From: Eledone cirrhosa
Taxonomy: Eukaryota
NCBI GenBank assembly: GCA_964016885.1
Contig: OZ024752.1
Span: 30,938,001-31,002,000, forward strand
Direction: 5' to 3'
DNA: 64,000 nt
In this document: piece by piece, positions 56,400 through 64,000 of the stretch
Layout: each line of letters opens with the position of its first letter
Position numbering within the stretch: the stretch's first letter is position 1
Notes under the pieces: generated by a model
Told to the model about the DNA's origin: nothing
The model's database searches: none
Seen by the model: the letters and a program-made list of their open reading frames with translations, nothing else
Translations under genes and position numbers: made by a program

Positions 56400-57330
56400 T
56401 ATTACCATAACAGCGGATCTTCAAAATACGCTGAGTTTCTCCACAATCTCATTTTACATAAAATTTATTCATCTTCCTTATTTTCGACACGCAAAATGTT
56501 TTCCTTATTCCTAAGTGTTAATATTTTCTCCCTTTTCCTGAAGTCCTTACGTTTATTGATAGAGAAGTATATTCCATTATTCATAACCATTCTGATTATA
56601 TATGTATTTCTTTATTTCTTTATTATGGCGTTGATTCATATGTTGTTGGTATCTATATATTTATTTTACTATTTTCTTGCTTCATATATTGGTGTCTATA
56701 TACTTATTTATCATGGTATTGCTTCATATGTCGTTGGTATCGATATATTTATTTTACTATTTTCTTGCTTCATATATTGGTGTCTATATACTTATTTATC
56801 ATGGTATTGCTTCATATGTTGTTCGTATCGATATATTTATTTTTCTCGTTTTTTCATTTCGATTCTTTGATCTATGTCTTGTATTACAACATATGAATGT
56901 TTTATCGTAATAATAAGTTTCCTTTGTAATGTCTCGCAGATCATACTTCTGATTATCTTCTTTTCCAAAAACTGAAGGAATCTGACTTAAATCTTTTCCG
57001 AGTTCTTTCATATGTCCTTTTTAGTCCTTGATTCTGTTTTGCTTTGATTTTCGTTTCTTGTTTTATATTCAACTCTTAATATTTCGGTGATACATTCCGC
57101 TCCGCAATGAAACAGATCAGAGATAATATCAATGATGTTATTTATATAATTCTACTATTCTCAGGACATTATAAACGTGCCGTTCCTACTCGGTGACCAA
57201 CGGAACTGTTCGTTTTGATGCGTTCTGTTCATTCTTTGTGCTCTTGCTGCCCCAAATGGCCGTACTAAAGGACATCCCACTCAAATTGTGATTCAGAGAG
57301 GCAACATTTGCATATGCAAATGCCGTCTCT

Positions 57331-58152
57331 ATTATAGTTTCATCGTTGCTGGGTCGATAAAATAAAGTACCAGTGATGCACTGGGGTAATCACTGACCTT
57401 GTGCCAAAAGTATAAACACTATTATAGTTTCATCGTTGCTAGGTCGATAAAATAAAGTACCAGTGATGCACTGGGGTAATCACTGACCTTGTGCCAAAAG
57501 TAGAAACACTATTATAGTTTCATCGTTGCTAGGTCGATAAAATAAAGTACCAGTGATGCACTGGGGTAATCACTGACCTTGTGCCAAAAGTAGAAACACT
57601 ATTATAGTTTCATCGTTGCTAGGTCGATAAAATAAAGTACCAGTGATGCACTGGGGTAATCACTGACCTTGTGCCAAAAGTAGAAACACTATTATAGTTT
57701 CATCGTTGCTAGGTCGATAAAATAAAGTACCAGTGATGCACTGGGGTAATCACTGACCTTGTGCCAAAAGTAGAAACACTATTATAGTTTCATCGTTGCT
57801 AGGTCGATAAAATAAAGTACCAGTGATGCACTGGGGTAATCACTGACCTTGTGCCAAAAGTAGAAACACTATTATAGTTTCATCGTTGCTAGGTCGATAA
57901 AATAAAGTACCAGTGATGCACTGGGGTAATCACTGACCTTGTGCCAAAAGTAGAAACACTATTATAGTTTCATCGTTGCTAGGTCGATAAAATAAAGTAC
58001 CAGTGATGCACTGGGGTAATCACTGACCTTGTGCCAAAAGTAGAAACACTATTATAGTTTCATCGTTGCTGGGTCGATAAAATAAAGTACCAGTGATACA
58101 CTGGGATAATCACTGGCCTTGTGCCAAAAGTAGAGACACTATTATAGTTTCA
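57331..58152 (+). repeat. 90-bp tandem array (9 units) of flank plus family-A SINE 3' end
   Basis: ATTATAGTTTCA every 90 bp from 57331 to 58141; unit contains GGTCGATAAAATAAAGTACCAGT...CCTTGTGCCAAAAGTAGAAAC. Confidence 0.96.
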
Positions 58153-58269
58153 GAGGACATTGCGTGTAAAGGGTCTCACAGTTCTGAAATAATACGTAAG
58201 GGGAATAAAGTTATTTATTGTTTAGATCTTTTGTCAAACGAATGTTGTAATGGTCGTTGTGAACTAATA

Positions 58270-58755
58270 ATGGTTTCTTATATAGGCACAAGGCCAACAA
58301 TTTTTGGGAAGGGGAAAGTCGATTAAATCGACCCCAGTGCGTGACTTGTACTTTATTTTATCGACCCCGTAAGGATGAAAGGTAAAGTTAACCTCGGCGG
58401 GATTTGAATTCAGATCATGTGTGTGACAGCTCACACCTACGCAGGTTTAGCTGGTCTCCTCCAAGGTATACCTCGTTGGAGGTGTCTTGGGTCATTTAAT
58501 GATAGAGACCCCAGTCCTATCATCTCATTTCTACAGCTGAGTAAACTGGAGCAACGTGAAATAAAGTGTCTTGCTCAAGGAAACAACACATCACCCGGTC
58601 AGAGAATTGAACTCACAACCTTTCGAATGCAAGCCGAATTCTCTAACCACTAAGCCATGCACCTTCACTGAACTCAGATCATAAAGAACCGTAAGTCTCT
58701 ACCGCGAAGCGTGGTGTCCGATGCTCTACCAACACTTTCTAATCCATCGCCCTTT
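58270..58755 (-). mobile_element. Family-A SINE interrupted by a family-B SINE
   Basis: Family A is split at TGAA(C/T)TCAGATCAT, duplicated at about 58406 and 58669; family-B head at 58505-58668. Confidence 0.82.
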
Positions 58756-59077
58756 GTGAACTTATGATCAAATACACTTCTACCGCGATCAACCAGTTTT
58801 CTTCAGGTATTGTATATCTATAATACATCATTCAAAATGACCGAACTTTTGTTTAAAGCGGTGGGGTATGGAGGAGATTTCTGTTGCTATTTCTGTTGCT
58901 ATTTCTCACAGGTCACATTAACTCGTAAATTCTTCTGCAAATATTTCTCTCACAGTAAACACATGACAACCTCTGACGTAACACTTATGCAGTGTAATTA
59001 ATAGATGGTAAATAATCTATTAATCTATTTTGAGTTAACAGAAATTCGTTATTGATTCTGTCCAAATGGTTTGTCAA

Positions 59078-59122
<45 letters not shown>

Positions 59123-59301
59123 GACGTAAAATAAGAAAATAAAAAAAAAAAAAATGTTAAAGAATTAACTTACTTAATATATATATAGTTTAAACAAAGT
59201 TTCATACAATTGTGCATGAAGCTTTGTTTATACTAAATAAGGTCTCTTCCAACAGATTGAGCACTGTTTTCCTTGGTCTTTCATCTACAGATTTCTACCA
59301 A

Positions 59302-59357
<56 letters not shown>

Positions 59358-59363
<6 letters not shown>

Positions 59364-59458
59364 GCCCCAAAAATTGTATACACACTTCAAAACCATTCTA
59401 ATAAATATTGCATGTACAGAGGTAATCAAAGTGTGCATACATTTTTGGGGACACCCTA
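59358..59458. mobile_element. Tc1/mariner-type MITE
   Basis: TIRs TAGGGTGCCCCAAAAATTGTATACACACTT / AAGTGTGCATACATTTTTGGGGACACCCTA in a TA context. Confidence 0.75.
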
Positions 59459-59741
59459 TACACACACACACACGTGCGCGCACACACACACACACACACG
59501 CACATATATATATATTCATTAGTTAAGCAAAACAAGACCACAAATTTCACAAGGAAGACATTATTAAAAGATTGTCAACATATTTTAGTTTGATGTAAGG
59601 AATGTAGAGAATAATCCTGCCGAGGTTGACTTTGCCTTTCATCCTTACGGGGTCGATAAAATAAAGTACCAGTAATGCACTGGGTAATTGCTGGCCTTGT
59701 GCCTAAAGTAGAAACAAATAATATTAATAATAATAATGTCC

Positions 59742-59861
59742 GTTTACAATTGTTTCGCTACTCCATATAATATCTCTGGATTAGATGACTATATATCATA
59801 ATTGATCTGGTTCAGTTGAAAATAATTAACATATTTAAAAGACAGAGCGGCTCATCGGAAC
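59742..59861 (-). ncRNA. Hammerhead-like motif with long stem II insertion in the Penelope 3' region
   Basis: Minus strand GTT-CCGATGA-GCCGCTC...about 80 nt...GAGTAGC-GAAAC-AATT-GTA|AAC. Confidence 0.5.
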
Positions 59862-60237
59862 TTCAAAGGAATATAAATTAAAATAATGAGAGAATGTTAC
59901 ATAATATAATGTTCTATATATTGGTTTTTACTATGGTATCTTGGTTGCATCAGTTGTCAGCCATAATCAAGCAGTATTCATCTGTCGAGGCTGCATTGTG
60001 TGAGATCTGCCTATAAGTAACAAGATGGCTGCCAAAGGACATATTTACCTTACTAATTAGAGGGTGGTTTCAGGGGAAGTAACTTCTCGAGAGATTAGAA
60101 ATTGTGGATGTTTATAGTTAAGTGCTAATTTTTAAATGTTTTAATTGAGAGACAATGTAGGGGAGGTAACTTATAATTATCTAAGTTGTTCATAGCAATT
60201 TAACTTATTAGCTACAAGTAAAAATGGGGCTAGATGC

Positions 60238-62413
60238 CTAAGTTGGGTCAAATATTATATTGACGAAGGAATTAGCCCTTCGATGTTGACAGCTAATAGT
60301 TACCTCCGTTCTATCGTTAATCGGTAGAGGTCGTGATAGAGTTATGTAATATACAGAGATCACAAGATTTTCTTCGTCCATTGAACGGTTTGGCCCTAGT
60401 CACGATATCCCATTTTAGTGAGTGTTGAACGTTGTTTAATTTAAGGTTTTTAATGAGCCTAGCTAGCGATGTCGAACATCTGTTGCTAGGGTCTCGGAAG
60501 GAAAAAGAGTGCGCGTTATAGCGTACCTTAAAAGGGTTAGAGGTAGACCCGATATAAGAGCTGGTATTCGAGTGTAGTTTTAACCGTGCACTTATAGACT
60601 ATGTTGGGTGTCAAATACACCACGCCGTGCTAGAAGGATTAGATAGGCGTGGTGTATTAGATAGGGGGGGGGGGGGTACCGCGGTGTGGGAGTTATACTG
60701 TCTTAGCTTAAGATGGTTACTGAATGCGATGTGGCTAGCTAGGTTAGGTGTTGTGGAGAATGAGATTTTAATGTTATTTTTATTAAAGAGTTTGTAATAT
60801 CTATGGTTGGGGGGAGGGGGGGAATGTTTAGATAGGATAGAGAAGAAGCGTTTGGGGATATTAGTGGCTAGATTAGATGAGAATGGGGGTTAAGCCAGGT
60901 GATATTTCTAGGTCTATTCCTTCTAGGGGTTCTAGTGGAGTTGGTAGGGGCCTTCCTAGGGTTATTATTACCTGGGGATTTGTTATTTGTCATCCCATTT
61001 CTCATTCCTATTCTAGGGTTGATTTTTAGTTTGCTACTTGGAGTGGGGAGCAGGCCGCTGCCACCATTAAAGTTCCCTGTATAGGTGCTGTTACTGTTAA
61101 AATTCCGGCGAATCTGGCTATATGCTAAGGTATTTCTAGTTCTAGTGTTAAGTTTATTATGGTGAATTGCTGTGTTATGGCATTTAGGTATGTAATAAAT
61201 TGATTGTTCATAACCAGATTCAGAAAGAGCCTTATTATAATATTGTACATGGTTTATAAATATCTCCTCATTTGCTGATAGCATTGAGATCCTATACGAG
61301 ATAGATTTGATTACTGCTCTGATGACTGCTCTGATGACTGCCGGTGGGTGGTTAGAGTGTGGGCTAATATATGTGAGTATTTCACCTGGTTTATGGTAAG
61401 GTTAATATAGGTTATTGTTGAGATCCAGGGTGACGTCTAGGAAGTTTACTACTTTATGGTTCGGCTCGACGGTGTTAGAGAGACCGTTATTTTTAAAGAA
61501 TCTATGTAATTGTTTTTTTAGCAAATCGATTCCCCGATTAGTGCAATTGTGGACTGCAAATAGGGCGTCGTCCCTGTATATTCCGCCTTGCAAGGGTTGG
61601 ATTTCGGCTCTGATGTTATGTAATAGGTAAATCCCAACTAAATCGGAGTCACATGAGCCCATTGTAATGTCAAAATTGTCTGTTCTATCTTTTCTAGTCC
61701 AGAGTGTTCCGTTGAATTCAATGATAGTCTGCCTAGCCTTAAGTATGATGTTAATCTCATTATTGGTTATGTCCGAGTTGGTGCTGGCTAGGGTTAATGC
61801 TTTGTTGAGCAGTTCCGGGGTTATTGACGCGTAATAGCTGTCTATATCAAATTGGATGAACCTCATAGATTGCTTGGACCTTAGATCGGAGAACCATCTA
61901 ATGACTTGGCCGGTGTTGGACCACAACATGTAGGTGGTATCATCCCGTAGCCCAGGGATTATCCTATCAAGGATGTTCTTACTGATGCGGCCCAGGTCAG
62001 ATGTGGTTGGGCTTATAAGTCTAATAGATGGGTTCTCTATAAAGTTTGGTTTGTGATCCTTCAGAGAGAACCTTGGGGTTGTTGGTACATAAGGGTGGGT
62101 AAATCTATCCAGATGCAAGTCCTTAACCAAAGCCTGGGCTTTTCGGTTAAGTACGTTTACACTGGAGGGTATAGTTTTTCTATAGTTTTTATTGAGTTCT
62201 TTAAGAAGGAAAGAGTTGTAAGTTTCAGGAGTCATGGTGTATAGACTTTTAGTTTTGTCAGACATAACATGTAAGAGGTGGCTATCTTTAAATTTTTTTA
62301 TAGTTGTTGCTAATTTAGTGAGGAAGTTATTCTTGTGTCTATAATGCTTTTTGAATTTAATGCTCCTGACGAAGTTGAATAGATCTTTCTCGAAAGGGTC
62401 CAGCAGGACACTT
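60238..62413 (-). mobile_element. Decayed Penelope-like element (Naiad-type): RT plus C-terminal GIY-YIG
   Basis: RT motifs KDHKP..P.IRLI, FDIDSYYASI, GIYRDDAL, NFLDVTLDL, SNHPP; linker RNITWLNP; NIVYKC...SYIGST..FKVRYNAH..SF; CDLC...NDRTE...CQH. TAA stop at 61402-61404 and several frameshifts; 5' end lost in (TA)n. Confidence 0.9.
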
Positions 62414-62414
62414 A

Positions 62415-62490
<76 letters not shown>

Positions 62491-62866
62491 CATACATTTG
62501 CTAGAACTTCAGTTCACATGTATCACTGACTTATTTTCTCATTTTCCTCTCTTTACGTTGCCTTACCATTTCTGTTTGTTTACATGTCTCTCTTTCTCCA
62601 CCCAATTCTTCTTATCCCAATAACTTATTTTAGTTTGTTCGCGCTGGCTTGAAGTATCTGGTCTTTAATGCGAAGAAATACCGATGATGGCCAGAAGATC
62701 ACTGATGATGGATAGTCCTGGTGTCTTGGTCTATTTTTTAATTGATATGTATTACATTCGCAACAACGGAGCACGCCATTTTTCAGAATATAATATTCTA
62801 AAGACTATCTAGAATATTCGACTAATTTTTAAAAGTTTATTTGTTCAAATTTTCTCTGAGTAGATT

Positions 62867-62925
<59 letters not shown>

Positions 62926-62980
62926 TATATGTGTGTATGTATGTATCTATGTATGTATATATATATATATATATATATAT

Positions 62981-63165
62981 GAACGAATAGGCCCACGGCG
63001 GCTGAGCTCAAGCCGTTTCGACGGCTAATTCTGGACTGAATTAGCCGTCGAAACGGCTTGAGCTCAGCCGTCCTACTCGTTCCTATTAACCACTCTACTA
63101 CCCTAAGTATTGAGTAATTTGGTGCGTTATGGTCCATCTGGTTCCTTAACACATTTCCTTCGTTT
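62981..63165. repeat. Second copy of the fold-back hammerhead-half element
   Basis: GGCTGAGCTCAAGCCGTTTCGACGGCTAATTC-tggact-GAATTAGCCGTCGAAACGGCTTGAGCTCAGCCGTC plus a tail closely similar to 37150-37235. Confidence 0.88.
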
Positions 63166-63665
63166 TATATACATACATACATACATACATACATACATAC
63201 ATACATACATACATACATACATACATACATACATACATACATACATACATACATACATTCATTCATACACATATATATATGTATATATGTATATATATTG
63301 AATCTACTCTTAGTAAATTTGAACAAATAAACTTTTAAAAATTAGTCGAATATTCTAGATAGTCTTTAGAATATTATATTTTCTAAGATCCAAATATGTG
63401 AATCTTCTTCTTCTTACATTCGTTTAGTAATTCAAAGAAAATTAATGCTAAAAAAAATCATTAAAGAAACTTGCTGTTCTACAATTAAATGTATTTCATT
63501 AATTTTTACTATTCTATATTATAGTGGTAGATATGTAATATGATACAGCCATACTTAGTCTATCTATCTATGTAACGAGATAAAGATGGCATCGATAAAT
63601 AGGAACCATAGATAGTCGACGACATCTATCGAATAAGAAAATATCAAAACACATTCACACTGACG

Positions 63666-63802
<137 letters not shown>

Positions 63803-63826
63803 CATCAAAACACATTCACACTGACG

Positions 63827-63887
<61 letters not shown>

Positions 63888-64000
63888 GAAGTAATTCCAT
63901 CGGAAAAGTCCAGGAAAAAAGAGTGCTCTATGTAAGCAACAGAGCTTAATTATTATTATTATGTAATAAACAACATAAGGCAATTATTCCATTTACCAGT

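Noticed and set aside
56400-57170. Possible decayed coding sequence on the minus strand
   Set aside because: No recognisable motifs; low complexity with a local duplication.
61402-61404. Selenocysteine recoding in the Penelope ORF
   Set aside because: The stop is TAA at a non-Cys position; no SECIS recognised by eye.

Overview
AT-rich, repeat-dense animal DNA. The SINE families and long (TA)n seas suggest an octopod cephalopod (inference). There is one clear host gene, an intronless type II Ca2+(cation)/H+ exchanger (CAX/VNX1-like, 543-2753 +). The rest is transposon and satellite DNA: three tRNA-type SINE families, a CR1-like LINE with an intact RT domain, a decayed Naiad-type Penelope-like element (RT + GIY-YIG), RTE, CR1 and CRE fragments, MITEs, a 5.1-kb 23-bp satellite, a 607-bp tandem array and many TE-derived minisatellites. 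The most interesting signal is a set of hammerhead-ribozyme (HHR) motifs sitting in or beside (TA)n tracts. It includes one complete minimal type I HHR (50283-50347, -), a stem-II-expanded HHR behind the Penelope element, and one HHR family seen both as a decayed complete copy and as young fold-back palindromes that keep only the 3' half. The many Tyr/Ile-rich ORFs are microsatellite artefacts. All motif calls were read by eye; no search or folding program was run.
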